A stretch of 64,000 nt of DNA. Origin: Malacoraja senta. Taxonomy: Eukaryota. The position numbers and the translations under genes were made by a program. Shown piece after piece: positions 12,988 to 25,040 of the stretch. The stretch lies in contig JAXLNO010000575.1 in NCBI GenBank assembly GCA_038087875.1, forward strand, positions 248,001-312,000, given 5' to 3'. The stretch's first letter is position 1, and each line of letters begins with the position of its first letter. Under the pieces are notes generated by a model that worked only from the letters and a program-made list of their open reading frames with translations, was not told the origin of the DNA and did not search any database.

Positions 12988-13109
12988 TATGACAATAAAA
13001 TACTTGACTTTTCACACAGTGACTGGATCCAGCCTCCTCGTCCCTGGCTCCACACTGCCACCCAATGTAAGTGTGTCGTATTACACGGCATCCGTCAATG
13101 GGACTCCCA

Positions 13110-14000
13110 TATTGACCACCATAGATGAGGCTCGCACCAGGGTCTCTGCCATACCCCGCAACACTGCTCTCTCTCCCCATCCCCCCACTCACAACAAAGG
13201 CAGAGTCCCCCTAGTCCTCACCTTTCACCCCACCAGCCGTCACATACAACAAGTGATCCTCCGTCAGTTTCGCCACCTCCAACGTGACCCCACCACTCGC
13301 CACATCTTCCCATCTCCCCCTATGTCTGCCTTCCGCAAAGACCGCTCCCTCCGTAACTCCCTTGTCAATTCTTCCCTTCCCTCCCATACCACCCCCCTCC
13401 CCTGGTACTTTCCCTTGCAACCGCAAGAGATGCAACACTTGTCCCTTCACTTCCCCCCTCCACTCCATTCAAGGACCCAAGCAGTCGTTCCAGGTGCGAC
13501 AGAGGTTCACCTGCATCTCCTCCAACCTCATCTATTGCATTCGCTGCTCTAGATGCCAGCTGATCTACATCGTTTCGCCGAACACCTCCGGTCGGTCCGC
13601 AATAACCAACCTGAACTCCCGGTGGCTCAGCACTTCAACTCCCCCTCCCATTCCGTATCTGACCTCTCTGTCCTGGGTCTCCTCCATGGCCACAGCGAGC
13701 AACACCGTAAATTGGAGGAAATGCACCTCATATTCCGCTTGGGCAGTCTACATCCTGGTGGCCTGAACGTTGAATTCTCCCAATTCTGCTAGCCCTGGCT
13801 GTCCCCTCCCCTTCATCAGCCATCTGGTTGTCTCCTCCCCTCCCCCAGCCCTCGGGCTCCTCCTCCGCCCTTTCCTTTTTTCCTTTCTTCTCCCCACCCC
13901 CTATCAGTCTGAAGAAGGGTTTCGGCCCGAAACGTTACCTATTTCCTTCACTCTATAGATGCTGCTGCACCCGCTGAGTTTCTCCAGCATTTTTGTGTAC
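13110..14000 (+). mobile_element. Penelope-like fragment; mirror ~50495-51412
   Basis: RVPLVLTFHP...CNRKRCNTC...LIYCIRC...YIGETKR; intact in ORF 50704..51534, with a 28-bp deletion in the left copy. Confidence 0.88.
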
Positions 14001-15579
14001 CTTTGACCAAACATAGACCGGGCGATCGTTTCATTGAAAACCTTCACTCAGTCCACCTGATCTCCCGGTTGCCAAACACTTTCATTCCCCCTCCCATTCC
14101 CACACTGACCTTTCTATCCTAGGCCTCCTCCATTGTCAGAATGAGGCCCAGCACAAATTGGAGGAACAGCACCTCATATTTCACTTGGGCAGCTTACACC
14201 CCAGCGGTATGAACATTGACTTCTCTAACCAAGTAACCATTGCTTTCCCTCTCTCTCCATCCCTCCCCCACCCTAGTTCTCCCACCAGTCTGACTGTCCT
14301 CCTGATTAAATGTTACCTCTGTCTGCTTCGTTGTCACCTTCCCCTAGCTAACAATGATCTATTCTACAACTTCCTTGATATTTGTCTCCTTTGATCTCTC
14401 GCTTCCACACCTTACCCTTCCTTATCTCTATCTCTCCCTCTCCCCTGACGCTCAGTCTGAAGAAGGGTCTGGACCCGAAACGTCACCCATTCCTGCTCTC
14501 CAGAGATGCTCCAGCATTTTGTGTCTACCTTCAATGGGACCACACTGAGACAATAGGTGCAGGAGTAGGCCATTCGGCCCTTCGTGCCAGCAGCACCATT
14601 CAATGTGATCATGGCTGATCATCCCCAATCAGTAGCCCGTTCCTGCCTTCTCCCCCTATCCCCTGACTCCGCTATCTTTAAGAGCCCTATCTGGATCTCT
14701 CTTGAAAGTATCCAGAGAACCTGCCCCCACTGCCACTATCCAGGGAATTAACCTTGTGAACCTACGCTGCACTCCCTCAATAGCAAAAATATTACCACTG
14801 AGGCAGGGTAATAGAAGGAGATGGGCTTGTTGCTCTTGATCTGAAGCAGTGGGTGACACTGTCGAGACTAAAAAAGCTGATTGATAATGAGCTGGCGTTA
14901 ACCCAACCACATCTCTGACATTTCGATGTCGGGTTAACTTGAATTCATAGTAGAACCATTTGCAATGTTTAAGAAACATCAGACAGGTACACGGATAGGA
15001 CAGGTTTAGAGGGATATGGGCCAAATGCTAGTTATAGATGGGACAGGTTGGCCAGTGTGAGCAAGATGGGCCGAAGTGTCTGTTTCCATGTTGTATCACT
15101 CTATGACTCTAGGCAGGAACTGCAGATAAGTTCATGTCCATGAAGGTTTATGTTCATAATTGATAGGAGAAGAATTAGGCCATTCGGCCCATCAAGACTA
15201 CTCCGCCATTCAATCATGGGTGCTCTCTGCACCCTAATCCAATTCTCCTGCCTTCTCCCCATAACCCTGACTCCCGTACTAATCAAGAATCTATCTACCT
15301 CTGTCTTAAATATATCTATAGACTTGGCCTCCACAGCCGTCTGTGGCCAAGAAATCCACAGATTCTCCTCTGCAGATGCTGGTTTACACCGAAGATAGAC
15401 ACAGAGTGCTGGAGTAACTCAGCGGGACAGGCAGCATCTGTGGAGAGAAGGAATGGGTGACGTTTCGGGTCGAGGCTGAGGAAGGGTCTTGACCTGAATC
15501 TTCACCCATCCCTTCTCTCCAGAGACGCTGCCTGTCCCGCTGAGTTACTCCAGCATTTTGTGTGTATCTAAGGGGTATC

Positions 15580-16270
15580 TGGGTCAGGCAGCAACACAAG
15601 TGGACAGAGCGGGCGGTGAAGAAGGCGTACGTTACGCTTGCCTTCATCGGTCGGTCGGGGCGTCGAGTACAAGAGTCAGGAAGTCACCATGCAGCTTTAT
15701 AGGACGAGCTTGGGTCAGGCCACATTTGGAGTATTGCGTGCAGTTCTGGTCGCCCCCATTACAGGAAGCATGTGGGGGCTTTGGAGACGGTGCAGAGGAG
15801 GTTTACCAGAACGATGCCGGGATTAGAGGGTTTCAGCTACAGGGGGAGGTTGGACAGACTTGCATTGTTTTCTCTGGAACGTCAGAGGTTGAGGGGAGAC
15901 CTGATAGACGTTTATAAAATTATGAGAGGCGTAGATAGGGTAGACAGTCAGAACCTTTTCCCCAGGGTGGAGATGTCCAAGACTAGAGGGCGCAGCTTTA
16001 AGGTGAGAGGGGCAAAGTTTAAAGGAGATGTGCGGGGCAGGTTTTTTTACACAGAGGGTGGTGGGTGCCTGGAACGCGCTGCCAGGGGTGGGGGTGGAGG
16101 CAGATACGATAGTGGTGTTTAAGAGGCTTTTGGATAGGCACATGGATATGCAGGGAATGGAGGGATACGGATCACGTGCAGGCAGAGGGGAGTTGGTCTT
16201 GGCATCATGTACGGCATGGACATTGTGGGCCGAAGGGCATGTTCCTGTGCTGGACTGTTCTATGTTCTGT
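15580..16270 (+). mobile_element. CR1-family 3' fragment (second subfamily); mirror ~48226-48915
   Basis: VRPHLEYCVQFWSP, VQRRFTR, RLRGDLIDVYKI, FFTQRVVGAWNALP. Confidence 0.85.
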
Positions 16271-17514
16271 GAAACTCTAGATCCCTCTCCCAACATCATT
16301 TACTTTGTTAAATCTCCCAGTCTCAGATTTAAAATAGGTTTATTATTAAAACAATAAGCTTTGTTCTGCAGCGACCCAAACAGACCAGATAATACTGGAC
16401 ATAAATACAATCAGTTCAAACTCAGTCCAATAGGTAGAGCAAAGGGGAAGATACAGAGTGCAGAATATAGTTCTCAGCATTGTAGCGCATCAGTTCCAGA
16501 GACAAAGTCCAATGTCCACAATGGGGTAGAGGTGAATCGGACAGTACCCTAGCTTATGGAAGGACCGTTCAGAAGCCTGATAACAGAGGGGAAGAAGCTG
16601 TTCCTGAGTCTGGTGGTGCGCGCTTTCAAGCTTCTGTACCTTCTGCCGGACGGGAGTGAGGAGAAGAAGGAATGACCGGGGTGGAACAGGGACACTTCTT
16701 TGATGATGTCGGCTGCTTTCCCGAGGCAGCGTGAAGTGTAGATGGAGTCGATGGTGGGGAGTGTGGTCTGTGTGATGGACTGGGCTACATCTACAATGGT
16801 GGGGAGTGTGGTCTGTGTGACGGACTGGGCCACATCTACAATGGTGGGGAGTGTGGTCTGTGTGACGGACTGGGCCACATCTACAACTCTGCAAATCTTG
16901 CGCTCTTGGGCAGAGCTGTTCCAAAACCAAGCTGTGATGCAACCCAACAGCATGCTTTGTGTGTTGCATCAGTGGACGTTTGTAAGAGTCACTGGAGACA
17001 GGCCAATGTCAGTCTCCTGTGGAAGTATTGGCATTGGTGTGAATTCTTGTCTGTTGCAACAATGTGGTTGGTGCACCACAGATCATTGGTAATATTAAAG
17101 CTCTCAACCATTTCCACTTCGACACCATAGATGTGTAGAAACATAGAAATGTAGAAAAATAGGGGCAGGAGTAGGCCATTCAGCCCTTCGAGCCAGCACC
17201 GCCATTCAATATGATCCTGGCTGATCATCCACAATCAGTACCCCGTTCCTGCTTTCTCCCCATATCCCTTGATTCCGTTAGCACTAAGAGCTAAATCTAA
17301 CTGTCTTGAAAACATCCAGAGAATTGGCCTCCACCGCCTTCTGTGGCAGAGAATTCCACAGATTCACAACTCTCTGGGTGAAAACGTGTTTCCTCATCTC
17401 AGTCCTAAATGGCCGACCCCTTATTCTTTAACTGTGACCCCTGTTCTGGACTCCCCCAACATCGGGAACATGTTTCCTGCATCTAGCCTGTCCAAACCTT
17501 TAAAGATGTTAGCT

Positions 17515-18148
17515 AGACAAAAATGCTGGAGAAACTCAGCAGGTGAGGCAGCATCTATGGAGTGAAGGAAATAGGCAACGTTTCGGGCTGGAACCCTTCT
17601 TCAGATTGATGTGAGGGTGTGGGGGGCGGGAAGAAGAAAGGAAGAGGTGGAGCCAGAGGGCTGAGGGAGAGCTGAGAAGATGAGGAGAAAGTAAGGACTA
17701 ACTGAAATTAGAGAAGTCAATGTTCATACCGCTGGGGTGCAAACTGCCCAAGCGAAATATGAGGTGCTGCTCCTCCAATTTACGGTGGTCCTCACTCTGG
17801 CCATGGAGGAGGCCGAGGACAGAAAGGTTGGATTCGGAATGGGAGGGGGAGTTGAAGTGCTGAGCCACCGGGAGATCAGGTTGGTTATTGCGAACCGAGC
17901 GGAGGTGTTGGGCGAAGCGATCGCCAAGCCTGCGCTTGGTCTCACCGATGTAGAGCAGCTGACACCTAGAGCAGCGGATGCAATAGATGAGGTTGGAGGA
18001 GGTGCAGGTGAACCTCTGCCACACCTGGAAAGACTGCTTGGGTCCTTGAATGGAGTCAAGGGGGGAGGAAAAACGACAAGTATCGCATTTCTTGCGGTTG
18101 CGAGGGAAAGTGCCCGGGGAGGAGATGGTTCGGGTGGGAAGGGACGAA
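17515..18148 (-). mobile_element. Penelope-like fragment; mirror ~46345-46978
   Basis: GIY-YIG ORF 17698..18024 and the same 3' tail. Confidence 0.85.
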
Positions 18149-18210
18149 TATATGTTTCTATAAGATTCCCTCTCATCCTTCTAAATTCCAGTGAATACAA
18201 GCCCAGTCGA

Positions 18211-19297
18211 CTACCGGAGCAGCTCCCCCCTCAACCAGAAGTGCTGGCACCTCCCTAGCTGATGACCTGAACTCTTTCTACGCACGATTCGAGACGGGCA
18301 ACATCATCCCTAGCTCGTCGTCTAAAAATAACACCGCCAGCGTGCTGGCTAGCGAGGCTGGAGGGAGGTCCACCGTTGGGGATGTGCACACATTCTCGTT
18401 GTCCGAGCACGACGTGAGGAGGGCTCTGACGCGTGTGAACACGAGGAAAGCTGGAGGCTCAGATGGCATTTCGGGGCGAGTTCTTAAGTCTTGTGCTATG
18501 CAGCTAGCTCCGGTGCTCACCACAATATTCAACCTCTCCCTGGCCAAGTCCGTGGTCCCTGCCTGCTTCAAAAGATCCACCATTGTACCAGTGCCAAAGA
18601 ATGCCTCTCCAGCCTGTTTAAATGATTACCGACCGGTGGCCCTCACCTCGGTAGTCATGAAATGCTTCGAGAGACTGATCAAGAACTACATCTGTGCCTT
18701 CCTCCCTCGCAACATGGACCCGCTGCAGTTCTCATACCGTCCGAACAGATCCACGGACAATGCGGTTTCCCAGGTTCTGCACACCGCTCTCTCTCACCTT
18801 GACAGCCAGAAGGGGGGCTATGTGAGGATGCTGTTCATTGACTACAGTTCGGCCTTCAACACGATAGTCCCCCCCACCAGACTTGCTGAGAAGCTGCTGG
18901 AATTGGGCTTAACACCCCCCTGTGTGCCTGGGTCCTGGACTTTCTCACCGCCAGGCCCCAGGTGGTCAAGATGGGGAGACTTTCTTCCAACCCCCCACCC
19001 TGAACACAGGATCCGCCCAGGGTTGCGTCCTCAGCCTCCAACTGTACTCCCTGTACTCCCATGACTGTGTGGCCAGGTTCAGCTCCAACTCCATCATCAA
19101 GTTTGCTGATGACACTGTGGTGGTGAGCCTGATCTCCGGTAACGATGAGAAGGCCTACCGGGAGGAGGTGGCTGATCTGGCACTCTGGTGTCAGGACAAC
19201 AGCCTCCTCTTGAATGTCACATAAACTAAGGAGCTGATTGTGGACTTTAGAAGGGCTCATCATCCCAGGACGTACACACCGCTGAAGATAAATGGGG
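18211..19297 (+). mobile_element. Rex1/Babar-type non-LTR retrotransposon RT fragment, truncated at the ERV junction; mirror ~45197-46282
   Basis: [55 protein letters not shown]. Confidence 0.88.
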
Positions 19298-19798
19298 TTA
19301 TTGTGTCCACGCCTGTTCGAGGTATCCAGATCTCTGAAAGACAGGGAGGACTCTCGTAAAGACATCGGGCACTCGGTGGTTAGAGTATATATTGGTTGAA
19401 AATACTCTAATCCACTCGAGAATTCTATATCCAAACTAAATTGGAATTGGAATTTGCGTACGTCGAGTTACGCACCAACAAGCTAATTGGTCAGAGCAGA
19501 GCGAGTTGAAAATCTTCGATTTAAAATACCTAATATTCAGAATCTCATATTGAGGTGCTGGACTATAACATGGTGCACATTCTTATCAGATTAATCTGTG
19601 TATTATAATAAAACTTCGAAGTGCGTATAAAGATTGTGTAAGCTTGATTCCGAATCGTGGCTGATCAACCAGGAGTTCGTACCCCCTCTGATCGATTGTT
19701 GATTAGTACCTGATAGCGAAGAGCAACTGAGAGAGGGAAAGTAATTTTTAGTAAAGAGTAACCTGACGGGAAAGGTACCACAAAGTCTAAGCATTTAG

Positions 19799-20643
19799 AC
19801 AATAGACAATATACAATAGACAATAGGTGCAGGAGTAGGCCATTCGGCCCTTCGAGCCAGCACCGCCATTCAATGTGATCATGGCTGGTCATCCCCAATC
19901 AGTACCCCGTTCCTGCCTTCTCCCCATATCCCCTGACTCCGCTATCTTTAAGAGCCCTATCTAGCTCTCTCTTGAAAGTATCCAGAGAACCAGCCTCCAC
20001 CGCCCTCTGAGGCAGAGAATTCCACAGACTCACCACTCTCTGTGAGAAAAAGTGTTTCCTCGTCTCCGTTCTAAATGGCTTAAGGGCCCTGTCCCACGGG
20101 CATGCGGCTCCATGTGGCAAGCGCGACCTAACCGCAAGCGGGGGCCGTGCGGGGGCCGCGTGGAGGTCGCGGGGCCGGTCCCACTTCGATCGCCGGGGCC
20201 GTATGGAGTTGTGCGGAGCTGGTCCCGACATCGCGCGGGGCTCCGAAAAACTGACAGTTCAAAAATTACGTGCGGCAATGGCCTGCCGTCCTGCAGCCGC
20301 ATCGAGGCCATGCGCGCCGCCTCAACAGCCGTGTGCACCGCCTCGCCACCGTACGCACCGTCTTGACGTCACTCGACATCCGCGCGCCCCCCGCTTCCGA
20401 TTTGGTAGCGCTTGCCGCATGCAGCCACATGCTGGTGGGACCAGCCCTGTACGGGGATCACTCGATCTCCGCGCGGCCCCCGCTTGCGGTTAGGTTGCGC
20501 TTGCCGCATGGAGTCGCATGCCCATGGGACAGGCCCTTTACTCCTTATTCTTAAACTGTGGCCCCTGGTTCTGGACTCCCCCAACATCGGCAACATGTTT
20601 CCTGCCTCTAGTGTGTCCAAACCCTTAACAATCGTATATGTTT
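19799..20643 (-). mobile_element. CR1 3' fragment inserted in the ERV leader (hosts the MITE)
   Basis: Flanked by duplicated catttag (19792-98, 20644-50). Confidence 0.85.
20083..20537. mobile_element. PIF/Harbinger-type MITE; mirror 43955-44408
   Basis: ~70-bp terminal inverted repeats (agggc[c]ctgtccca...), TTA duplicated on both sides, GC-rich, interrupts the CR1 sequence ctaaatggctta|ctcc. Confidence 0.85.
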
Positions 20644-21205
20644 CATTTAGTGTGAGGAAAAAGTACCTGAAGGTAAAGCGTAGCTAATTAAGAAGGAGTA
20701 CCCCTCAGCAAAGAGTACCCTAGGAAGGGAAAGTCTTCTGTATCGGAGGGAGAGGTTCACTGGTTGATAGCAGCGCGACGCGGGATTGAGATACTGTGAT
20801 TTGTTTTTGGAACTGTACGGTTAATGAATGCGATATTAGACGAATGCTTGTGATTTATCTAGGAATGTGGTTGTGCGTGATAATAATAAGTGGTATAATT
20901 TATTTTCTGTATACGATTTTGCTTGCGTGTCTGGAGCTCATTTGCATGTGTTTAGATTGAGGTTGCTCTGGGTATAGGAAACGGGCTGTGAGAACGTGTT
21001 TCATTGTGTTTGATTGTTCCCTGGAGCACCTTAATCTTTGGATGATTGAGGATTGTTAAAATTGTAGTTGGAATTGTGTGGATTTGTGGGAAACAGGGGA
21101 AGAATTTTAATAAGTAGATTGGGAAGATTGATTGTGTGATTGTGTGAAAGAGGTGTGAGGGTGGTAGCGCTTCGGAGCCATTGGCCATTGTTCGGGAGCG
21201 ACCTT

Positions 21206-21402
21206 TTTTAAAATTATACAAATACTTTTATTCAAAAATATATATATAAATATATATATACAAATGAGCACAATCAAAGACTGCCTATGTTGACAGTTTT
21301 ACAAACAAACGATCATCAAATTAATATAACGCCAACTTTATCAACAAAACACTCAACCTCCCGCGGCGACCAGCGTTCACGGAAGGCCTCCAAAGTCCCT
21401 GT
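21206..21402 (-). mobile_element. Tx1/L1-like 3' fragment in the ERV leader
   Basis: 11-bp TSD ggagcgacctt (21195-205, 21403-13), A-rich tail; homologous to the 3190-3417 insert (GTLEAFRERWSPR). Confidence 0.75.
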
Positions 21403-21494
21403 GGAGCGACCTTGGTAGTCTTGGAGATTGAGATAAGGGGTGAATTGTTAAGAAGGTGTGAGTGGCTTAGGCTTTGCTTCCATTGTCCAAAAGA

Positions 21495-23490
21495 ATGGGA
21501 AATCACGTGGATAGAGATATGACTGCCGATTCTGATAGTCCGTTACAAGTAATATGCAGCGAGTTTCCACAGAGAGCTGAACGAGTGATAAATCTTTCCA
21601 GGGTATTACATAAAGAATTAGGGAGCGAATTATGGCCCGAGGGTGGCGTTAGTGCATTGAAGGGATTGAAGTACATTGAGCAAATTGCAGCGATAGTGAA
21701 GAGGCAAGGGAATTAATTGGGTTGTGGAAAATTATTACGAGGAACGGAAGGCAAGTAGAGACGCTGAAAGAATGGCAAGTTGGAAGGAAGCAACTCTGAA
21801 GCGGGGGATAGAATTGGAGGATGCTGAAGAGTACCGACCTCCATGCACCTTGAGAGAGGAGCCTGAAAGTATTAAAGGGGAGAAGAAAATCTTCAAAAGG
21901 GAAACGGGCACCCGTAAATCTCGAGCGTGAGGATCCGATGGTTGGCATTAGTTTTGAGGGGGACGACGATGAGTATTTAGAAGATTGGGGAGGTGTTAGA
22001 AGTAGACCACCACCTTATTCCTCTTGCGATCCCCACACTTTAGATACGCATTGTGTAGCTTGTGAACGGGATAGACAATCAGATTCTGTGGCACAGGATT
22101 CCTTAACCCCCAACTGCTCCATTAATCGTAGATAGTCCAAGAGTTCACGGTACCAGAAGCCAAACTAGAAAGAAGACTCAAGTAGTTAAGGACAAAGAAG
22201 GTAGAGGAAGGGGACAGAAACCAGGGTATTCTTGCGAGCTTAAACCTAGACGAGTTGAACGAGTAGCGAGAGAAGAAAAGGAGTCATTTAGAAAGTACTG
22301 TGAACCCCCTAGTGAGGGGAAAGATACATCTGAGGGTGAGACATCCATTGAAGAAGCCGAGATAGATCTTGATATGGCAGAAAGTACAACAACTAAACAA
22401 ACAACCGTAGACAGTTCCCTGTTAGGGAAATGCCTAATCCTTCTTTTAATCCGACCAATGCAGTGAGTGCAAATAATCCCCGTACAATAAGAGTCTATAC
22501 CCCATGGAAGGCCAACGAGATGATGGCCATTTTAAGTCAAATACCCGATCGTAGAAAATCACCCGCTTCCTATGTGGATCACCTAAGAACTACAATGCGC
22601 ATTTAGCACGCGGACCCCTGAGATCTATGGGCGGTGATCCAGCAAATAATTACCCCAAGCGAACACACCAGGTTCGTAACAATTCTAGGACATCTGTCGC
22701 ATGAAGCTCTAGCGAATATAATAACGGACAATGGTGCAAGGGAAGAGGCTGTTTTAACGGCCCTTGCAAACACTCTTCAAAAACCGATTGACTTGGCCAG
22801 AATCCTAGATGTAAGACCCAAAAAGGGAGAGGGAGCAGATGAAATTTTAGAACGATTCTCCGAATTATATATGGATCAATCAGGTGATTTAAATTATCGA
22901 AACGCTGTGAATTCCCTGAAATATTGTGCAATCTTATGGAATTGCCTTCCCACCAACGTAGCGGAATCCATTAAAACTAATAACATGGACTGGACAGAAA
23001 ATAGTGCCAGTCAAATGGCTCGTGCTGTACGGTATCACTGGAGGGACATAAAGAAGCAGGAGAGTTTGCCTGCAGTGAAACAAAAGACTGAATATATGAT
23101 CAGAAAGAAGTGCGAAAATCTGATCCTGAACCATGGATCCCCAGAGTCCCAGCAAATTACGGATTGGGAGAAATTAGAGTCCCGAAATATTTGGACCGAT
23201 ATCATAGAGAAATACCTGCCCTAGAGCCAGTCCCCCAGAGACCAAGTTTAAGGAGATACCAGTCATCAGGAGTGGGCCAGTGTTATACTTGTGGAGGGAT
23301 AGGTCACTGGAGTAGGGAGTGCCCAAATAGAGAAAAGAACAAAACAGGGGGTCAGAGAAGACATTTCCAAGACCAAAGAGAATGGAGAGATCAACGGGAT
23401 CCTAGAGAACACAAAGGGAACTGGCAGGAAAATCAAGAATCAAGGGGGAAAATCTCCTTTTCCCAGAATAACCCATTCACACGCCTATGA
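21495..23490 (+). pseudogene. gag: ERV gag (fragmented by stops and frameshifts); mirror 40995-42992 (-)
   Basis: MGNHV myristoylation-type start, matrix WPEGG, PPPY late motif, capsid-like region, single CYTCGGIGHWSREC zinc knuckle, TGA in frame with pro. Confidence 0.88.
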
Positions 23491-23864
23491 TCAGCAAACC
23501 TAATGGTGACTGGATGCCTGACAAAGTCTGACAAATAACCTATATTGTCTCTACAGGTAGAAGGAAAAATCTGCATCTTCTTAGTAGACACAGGCACATC
23601 CATGTCATCCCTTCAATCAATTTATAATCTTCCAGAATCAAAAGAAGTTCAGAACCTGTCCGGGTTTCAAGAGCAAGTCTGCCAGTATCCCATCTCTGAG
23701 CCAGTTGAAGTAGTAAATGGAGGAAAAGGAATCAAACACAGATTTGTGATAACCACTGGATTAGATTGCAATATGATGGCTAGAGGTTTGCTCTGTGCTT
23801 TCCAATTAAAAATAGAATGTGGCGACGGAGGCATAGTAGTGAGCCCCTGGGATCCCTTACGGCA

Positions 23865-24270
23865 GTGTTACTCCATAGTGACCCCTCAATGGTGGTCCTT
23901 AGATCTGGACAAAGAACCCCCACTCCACATTACACTGGCTTACGACAGGACTGGGAAGGATAAAGAGCTGGAAGTCTTCTTTAAAGCACATGAAAAGCAG
24001 GATTGGGAAGTGGATGTGTTGGCACTAGTTGAGGGAAAAGAGGGAGCTGCTGAATGTATTAAAATACCAGCACAGTTATGGAAAAGAACTGAAGAAGTGG
24101 CTCCTCACATTACCCGAAAGGTGAACTACCCTGCAAGAGCTAAAGACCTAAGAACGATGGTAAGAAAGGCAATCACCATGGCAGACCCGAATAATTACCA
24201 AAAGCAATATTTGTCTAACCAATATGTTGTTGCATTTTATCAGGCCTCAAGGACAGTTGTTACCCACCTA
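23865..24270 (+). other. 2H-phosphoesterase-like domain within Pol; mirror ~40215-40620 (-)
   Basis: ~130 aa between protease and RT start (VWAE...QYPL), with LHITL (His codon 23926) and PHITR (His codon 24106), 60 aa apart. Confidence 0.75.
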
Positions 24271-24787
24271 CGTCATCATCTAGGAAGTGAGGTATGCGAG
24301 TATGTGGACCCTCAAGTGTGGGCGGAAGACACAGCTCAGGTAGGATGCGTGAACATCAATCCCATCCAAGTAGCTCTCCAGAAAGGGGTAACACTTCCTT
24401 CAATACAACAATATCCACTAAAATTACAGGCCATCAGCAGCATTGACAAATTAATTCGGGGTTTGCTAGAACAAGGAATACTGGTGAAGCGCTAATCGAT
24501 TTGTAACACCCCTATTCTTGCCGTTCCAAAGCCGGGAAAGGAGGGCCAATATAGACTTGTACAAAATCTGAGACAAAATCAACTCTGTTGTAGAACTGCT
24601 CCATGCCCTAGTGCCAAACCCTGCCCATATCCTAGCCCAAATACCGGCTGAAGCAAAAATCTTCTCGATAGTCGACGCAACATGCATTATTTTCTCTGCC
24701 TCTTCACGAAGACAGCCAATATTTGTTTGCTTTCACATACAGAGGCCAACAATACACCTGGACCAGATTGCCTCAAGGGTTTATCAA

Positions 24788-25040
24788 GTCAAGTCAAGTC
24801 AAGTCAAGTCAAGTCAAGTCACTTTTATTTCTATAGCACATTTAAAAAACAACTCTTGTTGGCCAAAGTGCTTTACATTGGTGGAGGTACTAATGTTATA
24901 CAACATTGGTTCATAGATTAAGTACATACATAATAAACACATACATATAGCCCTCACTCAGAGGACATCAAGAAAGGCTTGAGAGTAAAGATGAGTTTTA
25001 AGTCTCGACTTAAAGGAGTCGATGGAGGGGGCAGTTCTGA
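24788..25040 (-). mobile_element. L2-type LINE 3' fragment inserted in RT; mirror ~39445-39697
   Basis: TSD tatcaa (24782-87, 25041-46), (acttg)n tail, tgtaaagcactttgg...gctata..aataaa L2-like end. Removing it restores LPQGFINSP. Confidence 0.8.
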
